Assembly (NCBI GenBank): GCA_050115675.1
Contig: JASFQB010000003.1
Span: 98,673-162,672, forward strand
DNA from: Candidatus Woesebacteria bacterium
GTDB taxonomy: Bacteria; Patescibacteriota; Saccharimonadia; Saccharimonadales; EFPC-124
Length of the DNA: 64,000 bases
Direction of reading: 5' to 3'
A model generated the notes under the pieces. That model was not told the origin of the DNA. It ran no database searches and saw nothing but the letters and a program-made list of their open reading frames with translations. The translations under genes were made by a program, and so were the position numbers. This document shows positions 27,711 through 37,816 of the stretch, piece after piece. Every line of letters begins with the position of its first letter. Positions within the stretch are counted from its first letter, which is position 1.

Positions 27711-28178
27711 ATGAAAATTTTACTACTTGCGATCGGCAAGCAGCATGATTCTGCGCTTGCAAATGCAATAAACAGCTATACCACGCGGCTGCAACACTAC
27801 TGTCAGCCCTCCTGGAGGCTTGTAGGCGCCGCAAAAGGCAAAATAGCACTGGATGTAGCAAGAAAGCTCGAAAGTGATACCATACGCGCCGAAATCGCAC
27901 CAAGCGACTACGTAGTGTTATTAGATGAGCGAGGCAAGCAGATTAGCTCGCCAGAACTCGCAAAATTACTTGAAGCGCGCCAGCAGCAAACCTCAAAACG
28001 GGTTGTCATAATAATAGGCGGCGCATACGGAGTTGACGATGATCTTCGAAAACGTGCAGACTTTGTTTGGTCTTTGTCTAGGCTTGTTTTTCCTCATCAG
28101 CTGGTTAGGCTAATTTTGGCCGAGCAGCTATATAGGACATTTAGCATAATTAAGGGCGAACCATACCATCATCAGTAG
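27711..28178 (+). CDS. rlmH: 23S rRNA (pseudouridine1915-N3)-methyltransferase RlmH
   Basis: 155-aa SPOUT fold. VVIIIGGAYGV...LSLSRLVFPHQLVRLILAEQLYR. Confidence 0.85.
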   Translation: MKILLLAIGKQHDSALANAINSYTTRLQHYCQPSWRLVGAAKGKIALDVARKLESDTIRAEIAPSDYVVLLDERGKQISSPELAKLLEARQQQTSKRVVIIIGGAYGVDDDLRKRADFVWSLSRLVFPHQLVRLILAEQLYRTFSIIKGEPYHHQ

Positions 28179-28228
28179 TGCAAAAAACAAAAAAGCTGGC
28201 TGCAAGTTTTACTTACAGCCAGCGGGTG

Positions 28229-28717
28229 TCACGGCTTCAAAACCATGTCTAGGGTGCTGGTGACAATTTTATGGACTGGTGTATCTGCAAAGGCTCCCCA
28301 AATGGTAAGTTTAACTTCGCCACAAGGGGTGACATTTCGTGATGAAGAATGTGTTGCGCGGGCACCGCTAACTACATTGTTATCTCCTGTAACGACTACA
28401 CTGCCGCCGCTTACGTTTCCGACGCTTCTGTCGCCAGTGGTTGCAGCGTGGATGCGGCTAAATACCAAGGCGTCACCCTCTGTTGTTACTTCAAGGTGGC
28501 GCATCACATCTTTGTCTCCCGTGATCTTGTAGCGCCTCTCGGGGCTAACTATCAGGGTAATATCAAACGTAAAACCTGTCCCTTCAATCTTTGTTATCGC
28601 AGATCCAATTGACCCGCTGATTGATTTGCGCGTAAGTGCCGGAATCAAGATTGCGGCAAGGCAAATTCCAGCCAGTACGCCAGTAAGCACTGCAATCAAA
28701 GCGCTTGACAATTGCAT
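28229..28717 (-). CDS. membrane-anchored beta-rich protein (DUF2807/head-GIN-like?)
   Basis: N-terminal TM. Repetitive beta pattern GGSVVVTGDNNVVSG. The family guess is weak. Confidence 0.45.
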   Translation of the reverse strand: MQLSSALIAVLTGVLAGICLAAILIPALTRKSISGSIGSAITKIEGTGFTFDITLIVSPERRYKITGDKDVMRHLEVTTEGDALVFSRIHAATTGDRSVGNVSGGSVVVTGDNNVVSGARATHSSSRNVTPCGEVKLTIWGAFADTPVHKIVTSTLDMVLKP

Positions 28718-28819
28718 TGCAAATCCAATCTCTTAGACTAATAGTAAAATATATCATATTTATACACTATTTGCAAAGTACAAAGAGTGCATGCGTGGAA
28801 GTTGAGTACAATGGCATTA

Positions 28820-28848
28820 TTGACATAAGCGCAAATAAGTGCTAATAT
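28820..28848 (+). promoter_or_regulatory. promoter for 28876-29205
   Basis: TTGACA, 17 nt, TAATAT. Confidence 0.5.
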
Positions 28849-28875
28849 CAATTCATAAACATAAGCAAAACAAAA

Positions 28876-29205
28876 ATGTCACGTAAAATATTTGCAGTTT
28901 CAATCTCAGCGTTTTGTCTACTTATAGGCATGACTGTCGTTTTGTGCGGAATGCAGGCAAAAGAAGTTGCCGCAATCGTGCGCGAAAGCGCAGACGCCGC
29001 ACCTGCGCAGACGTACTCTCCTGTTAAAGTTACCCCAGAATTGCATAATCATATAGAAAAAGTTAGTGCAAAAACTTTTGCAAAAAACATAGATACAATT
29101 CATGCTAGTAGCAGATCGTTAAAAATGCTGCACAAAACCAAAAAGACCGCAAATAATAACAGTCACGATTGGTCGTTGCGCCACCTTGTGCACTACTTTG
29201 CCTAA
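28876..29205 (+). CDS. hypothetical membrane-anchored protein
   Basis: 109 aa with an N-terminal TM. Good promoter upstream. Confidence 0.4.
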   Translation: MSRKIFAVSISAFCLLIGMTVVLCGMQAKEVAAIVRESADAAPAQTYSPVKVTPELHNHIEKVSAKTFAKNIDTIHASSRSLKMLHKTKKTANNNSHDWSLRHLVHYFA

Positions 29206-29206
29206 T

Positions 29207-31750
29207 TTAACTAATAACCTCAAGCTCGCGCTGCAAGCGTGTTTGCAGAGCTTTTTGCTCGGCTAATTGGTCGCGTGTTTGCTGAACAACATTTTCTGGT
29301 GCGCTTTTTACATAGCCTTCATTAGAAAGTCGGGCGTTTAGCCTAATGATATGCTCGTCGCAATCGCTAAGGCGATTTTCTAACTTAGCTTTGTGCTTTG
29401 CTAATGTATTGGCATCTACATCAATCCAAGCCTCATGATGTATTGTTGCTAGTCTTAAGCCACGCGGGCTGTCAATTTTTTCTATCTTCTTGAGGCGCGC
29501 AAGGTGCTGAACAAGCTCTGGGTTGTCTTGCAGTATATCATCTTTGATATAAACCAGACTTTGTTTGCCCTGCCCAAGCTCGTTGGCAATGTAGCGAGCT
29601 TCTACAATAAGCTCTTGTAGATTATTGAATCTTTTTGCCATTTTTACGTCATAATTGTCGATTATTTTTGGCCATTCGCTAGTTATTAGTTGGCCATCTT
29701 CCCATTTTAGGGTTTGCCAAATAGTCTCTGTAACAAATGGTGCAAACGGATGTGCTATTTTAAGAATTGTTTCTAAAACATAGGCCAAAAGCGGCTTGTT
29801 TAGCGAAGTTTTAGAGGATTCTAAGTACCAGTCTGCAACATCGTCCCAAATTAGGTGATAAAGTACCTCATAAGCTTCGTTAAACCTGTATAACTCGATT
29901 TGTTTGCAGATTTGACTATTTGCTTTGTCGATTTTTTGCAATATCCAGTGGTCGGCGGTGCTTTGTGGTTTTGGAGCGCGCTGTTTGTAGTCGTCCCCTA
30001 TTTTGTCTTCGATGAAGCGCGCCATGTTCCAAAGTTTGTTGCAAAAGTTACGGGCGGCAACAGCAGACGCCTCGCTAAAGGCTTGGTTCATGCCCGCGCT
30101 ACGGTTGGCAATAAGCCCCATACGTAGTGCGTCTGATCCGTGTTTTTTAACGAAGTCCTGAGGGTTAACAACGTTACCCTTGCTTTTGCTCATTTTTTGA
30201 CCGTGAGGGTCTAAAACAAGCCCGTGCAAGTAGACGTCTTTAAAAGGCGCTTTTTTGGTAACGTAAATGCCAAGCATAATCATGCGACAAACCCAGCTGT
30301 ATAAGATATCGTGGCCAGTCTCCATGACGGAGTTGGGGTAAAATTCAGAAAAATCACCACCTGGGTTGTTTTGAGTGGTTATAAAAGGCCACTGACCAGA
30401 ACTAAACCATGTATCAAGCGTGTCTTGGTCGCGCTGATAGGTTTTGCCGTCAACAATTATGGTTTGCTCCCCTACTCTGGTGTCAAAAATCCAATCGTTG
30501 GGGTCGTTAATATTTTGAAACATAGGAACGGGTATTCCCCAGGGAATTTGACGGCTAATATTCCAGTCTTTTATGCCCTTTAGGTAATTAAGGGCAGCCT
30601 TGCCTTTGCTGGCAGGGTAAATTTTTACATTCCCCTTCTCTAGTTCGGTAATTGCTGGTTTTGCCAGAGGTGGCATTTGTATAAACCACTGATCAAGTAA
30701 CATTGGCTCAATAACAGTTTTACACTTGTAGCAAACGCCAACGCGGTTTTTGTAATTTTCGTCAACCTTAATTAAGAGCCCCTTCTCTTTAAGAGCTTCT
30801 ACGACGGCTTTACGTGCTTCTAAAACGGTCATGCCTTCGTATGGGCCGGCTTTTTCGGTCATTCTACCGTTTAAATCAATAACCTGGATGGCTTCAAGGC
30901 CATGAGTCTCCCCCATCTCCCAGTCGTTAAAATCGTGAGCTGGCGTAACCTTGACTACCCCTGTTCCAAACGTTGGGTCAACGTGGTTATCGGCAACAAC
31001 CTTAACCTTAAATGTGCCGTTTGCACCCTCGATATCAAGAGTTTTACCAACGTATTTTTTGTAACGTTCGTCATCTGGATGAACGGCTACGCCAGTGTCG
31101 CCAAATTTTGTTTCTGGGCGAGTTGTGGCCAAGATAAATGGACCGTATTTCATGTAGTATAAAGGTGTTTTGCGATCTTCGTACTCTACCTCTATGTCAG
31201 AAAACCCCGTGTGGTGTTTTGTGCAGTAGTTTACTAGTCTTTTGCCTCTGTAAATTAGGCCGTCATTCCACATTTTTTCGAACGTTTGATAGGCGCGTTC
31301 GATAACGTTTTTATCGAGTGTAAATACGAGTTTACTCCAGTCGCAGCTGGCGCCTAGCTCGCGTAGCTGAATCTCCATATTTCCGCGCTGGCTGGCAACA
31401 AAGTTCCAAACCATGTCGTAAAGTTCTTCTCGTGAATAGTCAAAGCGACTTTTACCCTGTTTTTCTAGCTCGCGCTCAAAAACAACCCAAGTTTCAAAAC
31501 CTGCGTGATCTGCACCAGGAATATATAAAGTTGGTCTCCCCTGTAATCTGTAGTATCGAGTTAAAACATCCTCAAGAGCAGTCATTAAAGCATGCCCAAT
31601 GTGCAGATTGCCATTAGCGTTTGGTGGTGGCATCACAACGCAGTAAGGGTCTTTTTTGCTGGGTTTTGGCGCAAAAGATGCGGCAGTTTCCCATAAGGTA
31701 TAAATATTTGGCTCGTACTGCTGCGGCTCGTATGTTTTAGCTAGTTTCAT
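29207..31750 (-). CDS. valS: valine--tRNA ligase
   Basis: PPPNANGNLHIGHAL (HIGH), KMSKSKGN (KMSKS), C-terminal coiled coil. ATG 31750 (MKLAKTYEPQQYE) preferred over 31807. Confidence 0.95.
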   Translation of the reverse strand: MKLAKTYEPQQYEPNIYTLWETAASFAPKPSKKDPYCVVMPPPNANGNLHIGHALMTALEDVLTRYYRLQGRPTLYIPGADHAGFETWVVFERELEKQGKSRFDYSREELYDMVWNFVASQRGNMEIQLRELGASCDWSKLVFTLDKNVIERAYQTFEKMWNDGLIYRGKRLVNYCTKHHTGFSDIEVEYEDRKTPLYYMKYGPFILATTRPETKFGDTGVAVHPDDERYKKYVGKTLDIEGANGTFKVKVVADNHVDPTFGTGVVKVTPAHDFNDWEMGETHGLEAIQVIDLNGRMTEKAGPYEGMTVLEARKAVVEALKEKGLLIKVDENYKNRVGVCYKCKTVIEPMLLDQWFIQMPPLAKPAITELEKGNVKIYPASKGKAALNYLKGIKDWNISRQIPWGIPVPMFQNINDPNDWIFDTRVGEQTIIVDGKTYQRDQDTLDTWFSSGQWPFITTQNNPGGDFSEFYPNSVMETGHDILYSWVCRMIMLGIYVTKKAPFKDVYLHGLVLDPHGQKMSKSKGNVVNPQDFVKKHGSDALRMGLIANRSAGMNQAFSEASAVAARNFCNKLWNMARFIEDKIGDDYKQRAPKPQSTADHWILQKIDKANSQICKQIELYRFNEAYEVLYHLIWDDVADWYLESSKTSLNKPLLAYVLETILKIAHPFAPFVTETIWQTLKWEDGQLITSEWPKIIDNYDVKMAKRFNNLQELIVEARYIANELGQGKQSLVYIKDDILQDNPELVQHLARLKKIEKIDSPRGLRLATIHHEAWIDVDANTLAKHKAKLENRLSDCDEHIIRLNARLSNEGYVKSAPENVVQQTRDQLAEQKALQTRLQRELEVIS

Positions 31751-31904
31751 GTTTATAATTCCTAAAAAAATTTCACGCGAAATACAATCAGACCAGATGG
31801 TGTTCACCTCTGACTTTAATCAAAACCTCCAATGATATTTGATTGTCTTTGTTTTCAGTGTAAGTATAACATATGTTAATAGGTAAGGGTAGGGTAATAA
31901 AAAC

Positions 31905-31925
31905 GGGCGAGGTAAAACCTCGCCC
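31905..31925 (-). terminator. terminator of islet-B gene
   Basis: GGGCGAGG-TAAAA-CCTCGCCC, then a T-run on the minus strand. Confidence 0.6.
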
Positions 31926-31940
31926 ATGTAGCCAGATGCC

Positions 31941-32381
31941 CTATGTCATGTCGGTAAAATGTGCCTGCAACTGCTGAGGATCTGTCCCAAGCATATTGGC
32001 AATTCTTGCTAGCAGAGTAATTTCTGGCCGTCCGCTAATCGCGCGTTGGCAGATTCGTTTAGTTGGCTCGCTTTGCGCTGAAGGGTCGCCGGGGTTGCAA
32101 CCAAAAAGCGGAATATCCTCCGCAAGTTCAGCATTTTGACGCCTGTCGTCGTCGTTGCGTCTGTCCATTGCTTCTGCAAACTTTAGGCATGCAAGAGCTG
32201 CCTTGTAAAGTGCTTTTCGCAGCTCGCGAAGCTGATCTTCTGTCGCTGTGGTTGAGTCGAATGCATTTAAGATTGCTCCAATCTCATCAAGTCTAGATGG
32301 CTTGAAATTGCCAATTTCTGTTTCATCGTAGAACAAGGCAACGGCTTCAGAAAGCTTTGCAATGGCGGTCGCATTACACAT
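31941..32381 (-). CDS. hypothetical protein (GC-rich islet B), possible degenerate HTH at C-terminus
   Basis: 146 aa. The C-terminal ICQRAISGRPEITLLARIANMLGTDPQQL resembles an XRE helix-turn-helix. TTGCAT-17-TATAAT lies upstream on the minus strand. Confidence 0.4.
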   Translation of the reverse strand: MCNATAIAKLSEAVALFYDETEIGNFKPSRLDEIGAILNAFDSTTATEDQLRELRKALYKAALACLKFAEAMDRRNDDDRRQNAELAEDIPLFGCNPGDPSAQSEPTKRICQRAISGRPEITLLARIANMLGTDPQQLQAHFTDMT

Positions 32382-32489
32382 TTATGCCTCTACAGTGTGC
32401 GTACGCGTGTTATTATAAAAGATACCACACAAATATGCAAATATTTTTAGGCAGAGTAGTTCCTGGTGCTGCTTCAAGTCAAGATGTGC

Positions 32490-33518
32490 TTATATGGCTA
32501 AGCTTGGATTGACCTCTAATTTATACGGGTCGCATGGTTTTTGCTTTTGCGCTTGATAGTATGCTAGGGCTGCAATCATTGCGGCGTTGTCTGTGCACAG
32601 AGCAGGGGAGAGATAATCAACATTTATTGGTAGCCTTTGCTGAAGTTGTTTGCGCAATTCTTGGTTTGCGGCAACTCCGCCTGCAATAACAACGGATGTG
32701 GGTGCAAAATTTTGGTAAGCTTTAACGGTTTTGTCTACTAAAGTTTCTGCGGCAATGCGCTGAAAGCTAGCAGCTAGGTCATTGCGCTGTGGCGCGTTTA
32801 AAAGCTCTGCAAGCCCAGCTGACGGAAAATCGTATTCTTTACCACAAAGCTGCTGAATACGTCTTAAAACGGCTGTCTTAAGGCCAGAGAAGCTAAAATC
32901 ATAGGCACCTTGCATGTGGGCCTTTGGAAAATCAAAAGCGCGGTCGTTGCCGTCTTGCGCAGCCTTTGCGATTGACGGGCCGCCTGGGTAGGGGAGTCCA
33001 ATAATTTTGGCAACTTTGTCAAAGGCTTCGCCAACAGCGTCATCTTGAGTTTGGCCCAAAAGCTGGTATTTGCCGTGATTTTCAAATAAAACCAATTGAC
33101 TGTGTCCGCCACTTACAATTAGCGCCAGCATGGGGAATTTTGGCGGGTTTGGCATTAAAAAGTTGGCGTAAACGTGACCCTCTACATGATGAATGGGGTA
33201 GAGCGGTTTATTTTTGATAATAGCAATAGTGCGCGCGGTCAGCACGCCAATTAAAAGCGAGCCAACAAGTCCCGGCGCATAGGTTACGCCAATGGCGTCT
33301 ATGTCGCTCCAGGTTAAGTTGGACTGCTGCAATGCTTGTTCTAAAACAGGCAGCATTACCTCTATATGGCTGCGAGCGGCTATCTCTGGAATAACGCCGC
33401 CAAAAGCTTTGTGTATATCTATTTGACTTTGAACCACATTGCTAAGAATTTGGTGGCCATCTTTAACAATGGCAACGGCGGTTTCGTCGCAACTGGTTTC
33501 GATTCCCAAAACAATCAT
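32490..33518 (-). CDS. tsaD: tRNA N6-adenosine threonylcarbamoyltransferase TsaD
   Basis: MIVLGIETSCDETAVAIV...HVEGHVYAN...SGGHSQL. Confidence 0.9.
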   Translation of the reverse strand: MIVLGIETSCDETAVAIVKDGHQILSNVVQSQIDIHKAFGGVIPEIAARSHIEVMLPVLEQALQQSNLTWSDIDAIGVTYAPGLVGSLLIGVLTARTIAIIKNKPLYPIHHVEGHVYANFLMPNPPKFPMLALIVSGGHSQLVLFENHGKYQLLGQTQDDAVGEAFDKVAKIIGLPYPGGPSIAKAAQDGNDRAFDFPKAHMQGAYDFSFSGLKTAVLRRIQQLCGKEYDFPSAGLAELLNAPQRNDLAASFQRIAAETLVDKTVKAYQNFAPTSVVIAGGVAANQELRKQLQQRLPINVDYLSPALCTDNAAMIAALAYYQAQKQKPCDPYKLEVNPSLAI

Positions 33519-33643
33519 ATAGGGGTAGTGTAGTTTAAAAATGTTGTTGTGTCGAGTTGTTTGTCGATGGATGCTTTTAGAAAAATATAAGCCTCGCTGG
33601 CTGCGAGGCTATTTGCAGAATTGCAAGATGTATGTTGGACGGA

Positions 33644-33886
33644 TTATTCGGATTCGCTGATGAACTGTGTTGTAAAAAAGTCTCGTGGAATAATCACATT
33701 AGTGCCGACTGCAAGCTGGCCGGTCGATTGTTTGGTGACTGTCACATAAACGATGTAACCATTTTGATCAAGTACTACAAATTCCGATCCTAGAATTTTG
33801 TCAAAATTCGCATCAGTATGGCCACCTTTTTTGGTGCTGTTGCGTGTATAAACGCGAGAAATTTTGGGCTCGATCACAGTATTCAT
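33644..33886 (-). CDS. hypothetical small protein
   Basis: 80-aa ORF, no motif. Confidence 0.35.
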   Translation of the reverse strand: MNTVIEPKISRVYTRNSTKKGGHTDANFDKILGSEFVVLDQNGYIVYVTVTKQSTGQLAVGTNVIIPRDFFTTQFISESE

Positions 33887-34024
33887 CGTTTCTCCCAGAG
33901 TAAGTAGCAGGGCAGAGGCTGTGGTCTCAGCCTAAAATACTATAAATTAATTGGGCTGGTATTGTCAAGATATAAACAATAGTGTATAAAATACAAAGAT
34001 ACTTTTCTAATTAAGGGGTGAAAA

Positions 34025-34486
34025 GTGGAACGCTTGCGCGTTACAATTTTTCAGATTATGTGGTTTGGCACGCTGACCTACACAGGTGCAGCACTGTCGC
34101 TTTACTACTTTTTGCATAACCTCAACGAAACATGGAACAAGTACCCGTGGTATAAGCTGCTTTACATGCTGCCATGGGAAGCTCTGACGGGTGGTACGGT
34201 TAGTCTACTAATCACAGCAGGGGCAATGATTTTGGGACTGCTTATTGTTGGCTTTTTGAGCGTTAGGTATAAGCGCTGGATTCTTAAAAAGATCGAATAC
34301 ACCAAGGGCTTGCCTGACAACAAGGTTCAGATGCTTTTGGAGCGCAGGATTATTACAGATGAGCAGGCCGATCTCTTGATACGAGCACTTGCACAGGGTC
34401 TTGGAGTTAGGCTCGCTAACGTTTCAAGAAAAAATCGGCGAATTATCAACGAAGAACTACCCGGAAAAGACATCACTTTTTGGTAG
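34025..34486 (+). CDS. hypothetical membrane protein
   Basis: 153 aa, 3 predicted TM helices. TTGTCA-17-TATAAA upstream. Confidence 0.4.
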   Translation: MERLRVTIFQIMWFGTLTYTGAALSLYYFLHNLNETWNKYPWYKLLYMLPWEALTGGTVSLLITAGAMILGLLIVGFLSVRYKRWILKKIEYTKGLPDNKVQMLLERRIITDEQADLLIRALAQGLGVRLANVSRKNRRIINEELPGKDITFW

Positions 34487-34590
34487 GCGTTTGGGCCAGA
34501 ACGTTGTGTTCTGGCCTGTTTTTTTACTACAACATGCCGCCTGGGCGTTATTCGTGTATGATAAAAATAGCGTTATTTATGGAGTTTGGA

Positions 34591-35868
34591 ATGAAACAAT
34601 TGCTAAAAAGTTTGCTGCCGCATTCGTTGCTAGAAAAAATGCTTAATCCTTATCATTTGGTCGAGTCCGTATTGGCCAACATACGTTATGGTTTTCCTGC
34701 AAAAAAAATGTACGTTATACAAATTACCGGTACAAATGGCAAAACTACAACTGCAAGCTACTTGGCAAGTATTCTTAGTCAAACAGGGGCAAAAGTTGGC
34801 GTTTGTAGCACCGCATATTTTGAGATTGCTGGCGAGCGAATTGCAAACGACTTAAACTTTACCGTATCTAACCCCTTTAAGTTGCAGTCAATTTTGGCCC
34901 AAATGAAGCGTGCAAAAGTTACACATTTAATACTAGAAGTAACAAGCCACGCAATAGAGCAGCATCGCGCTTGGGGTGTGCCTTGCGATTTGGCTTTAAT
35001 AACCAATCTTACTCAAGATCATCTTGACTACCACAAAACAATGCAAAATTACGCCGCGGCCAAGGGTAAGCTTTTTGCAAACAAAGTGCCGCTAATAGTG
35101 CTAAATCGCGATGACGAGTGGTTTGAGTTCTTCAATAAGTTTGAGGCTTTAGAACAAAAAATCACCTACGGAACTCACGAAGACGCAGATTGTCAAATAA
35201 CAGGGGTAAAATTACACAAAGCAGGCAGCGACGTTAAATTGCTGGTTGATCACCAAACCAAAATTAATTTTGCAACGCAACTTCCTGGCAAGTTTAATGT
35301 TTACAACGCAACGGCGGCTGCGGCTGCGGCCTATTTGTTGCATGTTGATATTGATCAAATAGAGAAGGGGATTGAAGAGTTGGAAAACGTGCCAGGCAGG
35401 CTAGAGCGCGTCTCTACCAGTGAGCAGCCATTTGAAGTTTTTGTAGATTATGCACACACGCCAGACGCCTTGCAAAACGTGCTTGAGACTCTAAAGCACC
35501 TAACAAAACATCGTTTAATTTTGGTTTTTGGCGCAACGGGCGATCGTGATCGCGCTAAGCGTCCAATTATGGGCGAAATTGCCGCAAAATTGGCCGACAG
35601 AATTTACGTAACAGATGACGAAACATACACAGAAGACGGTGCAAGCATCAGGCAAATGATAACCGACGGCATAAAAACTGGTGGTGGCGAAGCCAAAACC
35701 GAAGAAATTGCCGACAGAGGCGAGGCAATTCGCAAGGCATTAAGTATAGCGCGCCGCGACGACATTGTGATTGTAACCGGAATTGGCCACGAGCAATACC
35801 GAATAATGGGCGACCAACGCATGCCATGGAACGAAGTAAAAATAATTAAAGAAATGTTAGAAAAATAG
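34591..35868 (+). CDS. murE: UDP-N-acetylmuramoyl-L-alanyl-D-glutamate--2,6-diaminopimelate (or L-Lys) ligase MurE
   Basis: ITGTNGKTTT P-loop, DYAHTPDAL, GDRDRAKRP. ATG 34591 (MKQLLKSLLP) preferred. Confidence 0.85.
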   Translation: MKQLLKSLLPHSLLEKMLNPYHLVESVLANIRYGFPAKKMYVIQITGTNGKTTTASYLASILSQTGAKVGVCSTAYFEIAGERIANDLNFTVSNPFKLQSILAQMKRAKVTHLILEVTSHAIEQHRAWGVPCDLALITNLTQDHLDYHKTMQNYAAAKGKLFANKVPLIVLNRDDEWFEFFNKFEALEQKITYGTHEDADCQITGVKLHKAGSDVKLLVDHQTKINFATQLPGKFNVYNATAAAAAAYLLHVDIDQIEKGIEELENVPGRLERVSTSEQPFEVFVDYAHTPDALQNVLETLKHLTKHRLILVFGATGDRDRAKRPIMGEIAAKLADRIYVTDDETYTEDGASIRQMITDGIKTGGGEAKTEEIADRGEAIRKALSIARRDDIVIVTGIGHEQYRIMGDQRMPWNEVKIIKEMLEK

Positions 35869-35927
35869 AGGATTGTATAAATTAAATCGTGCCTGGGCAA
35901 GAAACCCAGGCACTTGTGCATTCTTGT

Positions 35928-36692
35928 CTAGGGACTTACAAGAGCGATATCTCCAAAACCAAAATTGCAGTTTGTCTCAGACGGTTCGCTGCTAATGTAG
36001 TTGACCAGCAGCTTAATGCGCAGACCACCGTTGATCCGAGCATCAAGGGGGGCCTCCTGGCCAAAAGCCATGTCTTGGCTAAAAACTGCCATGCCGTCAA
36101 TCTGCACTGTAGCCTTTAGGCTGCATGTACTTCCGGACTTATCGGTGTGTCCCAGTGTGCCGATAACCCTAGTGTATCTAGTGTATCCAGAAGTAATATT
36201 AAACTCTGCCCAGGATTCCTTTGTGTAATTGCTTGCAGAGATTGCGGTAGATTTAGGATAGTGCTTTTGGTTAATGACAATGTCTGTTCCTGAGTGTACG
36301 GCATTGTTGCCGCTTATGATGTCTAGCTCAGATACGTACAGAATCGAACTTGCGCTTGTGCTGACGCTTGGCGAACTCGTTGCGCTGATAGAGGCGCTGG
36401 GAGAGACGCTAGGTGAGGCAGTGGCGCTTGTACTAGAAGTGTAGGTGGAGCTCATGCTAGGTGTAGGGCTCATTGTGCACGAGTTTGACTCTTCGCACGA
36501 TGCCGTGGTGCTTGATTTTGCGCTAACAACAAACATTACCGCTGATAAAACGGCCACAAGTAGGCCACTTACGATGATGACTGTTGTGCGCTTTTTAGTT
36601 GCTGGACCTGGAGTTTGAAGCTTTGCGCCAAATATGGCAACAGCAATAGCCAGAACCCCGGTAGTAAAACCGCCAATCCACAAGTTGTACAT
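35928..36692 (-). CDS. membrane-anchored Ser/Thr-rich surface protein with NPCBM/discoidin-like C-domain (tentative)
   Basis: Two N-terminal TM helices, a poly-S/T linker (SPSVSPSASISATSSPSVSTSASS), and a beta-rich C-domain. Confidence 0.5.
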   Translation of the reverse strand: MYNLWIGGFTTGVLAIAVAIFGAKLQTPGPATKKRTTVIIVSGLLVAVLSAVMFVVSAKSSTTASCEESNSCTMSPTPSMSSTYTSSTSATASPSVSPSASISATSSPSVSTSASSILYVSELDIISGNNAVHSGTDIVINQKHYPKSTAISASNYTKESWAEFNITSGYTRYTRVIGTLGHTDKSGSTCSLKATVQIDGMAVFSQDMAFGQEAPLDARINGGLRIKLLVNYISSEPSETNCNFGFGDIALVSP

Positions 36693-36817
36693 CAGGCCTC
36701 CCTAAAACTACCACCCCTACAAGGGCGTAGAGGCTAGATAGTATTAAACATTAAGTTTGCATAATTATCAATTATTTTTTGACAATAATGTATTTTTTAC
36801 ACTAATAAGGGTATATG

Positions 36818-37804
36818 TTATTTGGCGAGTTTGGCTAAGATTCTATATGTTTTGTAAGAAATTTGCTTAACTCCTGCTTCCCAGGTTCCGTGGCGATCTA
36901 TCTCTGTTCCACCAAAAGATTTTTTAAATTTGGTAAAACCCATCCAGCGATGATTTGGCTGATTTGGTGGTGCTATTCCGTAAAAATCAAAGGCTTTTTT
37001 GCCTTGTTTTTTGGCGTCAAAAATCATGTAGCTAACAAGAGGGGTGCCAGGGGTAATTTTTTTGTATTCTGCGTGTGATGCGGCATGAGCGTAATATCTG
37101 GTGTTTTCATCTTCAAAAACCAGGCTGCTAGCTGCGGGTTTGCCGTTTACCTCCGCAATAAACATTTTTAATGCTCCAAGCGGCATTAGCGTTTGGCACA
37201 TAGTTTTGTAATAGTTGTCGGCATGAATCGTAATGTCGTTGCGTCCAGCAACTTCGTGCATCATCTTTAAAAAGATTTTTACATCAGATGGGTTTGCGCT
37301 TTGTTTAAAAGAGATACCTTTTTTGCCAGCCGTGCGCCATAAATTGCGGTTAGTGGCGGTCATTTCTGATAAAAGTTCGTCATCTGTTTGGTCAAGATTT
37401 TTTACAAAGGTATAACGTGGCTGGATGGTGCGGTGAGCTTGCAGTAAACCCGCCTTAAGTAGCGCAGAATCGCTAAATGGGCCCTGAGGCTCTATTCGCA
37501 CATACATAGCATTTTGCTGCCTTGCACAGGCTTTTAAGGTTATTAGAGCGTATTTTAAAGCCGATATACTGCTTGCAGTCGGCCCAAATGGACAATAAAG
37601 TCGCGTGCCAAATTTTGCGTGCTCTAAAATAGCCATCCAGCTCCAGTCATTATCGTGGGCGTAAAACACCTTCCGCCCCAAAGAATGCTGAAATCCGCCC
37701 CAAGCAGATTGCTGTAAAAAGTGAGCACCAAGCTTGTTTTGTATAACCTGCCAATCTGTTGGCATAGAATTTTGACAGTTTGTCATATGCTTTAAGCGTA
37801 GCAC
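36818..37804 (-). CDS. FemAB-family peptidoglycan aminoacyltransferase
   Basis: FLQQSAWGGFQ... and length ~320 aa, typical of the FemAB family. Start ambiguous (GTG 37804, ATG 37786 or 37765). 12 nt downstream of the GT4 gene. Confidence 0.7.
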   Translation of the reverse strand: MLRLKHMTNCQNSMPTDWQVIQNKLGAHFLQQSAWGGFQHSLGRKVFYAHDNDWSWMAILEHAKFGTRLYCPFGPTASSISALKYALITLKACARQQNAMYVRIEPQGPFSDSALLKAGLLQAHRTIQPRYTFVKNLDQTDDELLSEMTATNRNLWRTAGKKGISFKQSANPSDVKIFLKMMHEVAGRNDITIHADNYYKTMCQTLMPLGALKMFIAEVNGKPAASSLVFEDENTRYYAHAASHAEYKKITPGTPLVSYMIFDAKKQGKKAFDFYGIAPPNQPNHRWMGFTKFKKSFGGTEIDRHGTWEAGVKQISYKTYRILAKLAK

Positions 37805-37816
37805 AAAAATTGGATT

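Noticed and set aside
31751-31940. Possible T-box or other leader upstream of valS
   Set aside because: I looked for the conserved T-box 14-mer and specifier/AGAGA elements on the minus strand and did not see them. The region holds only the islet-B terminator and AT-rich DNA.
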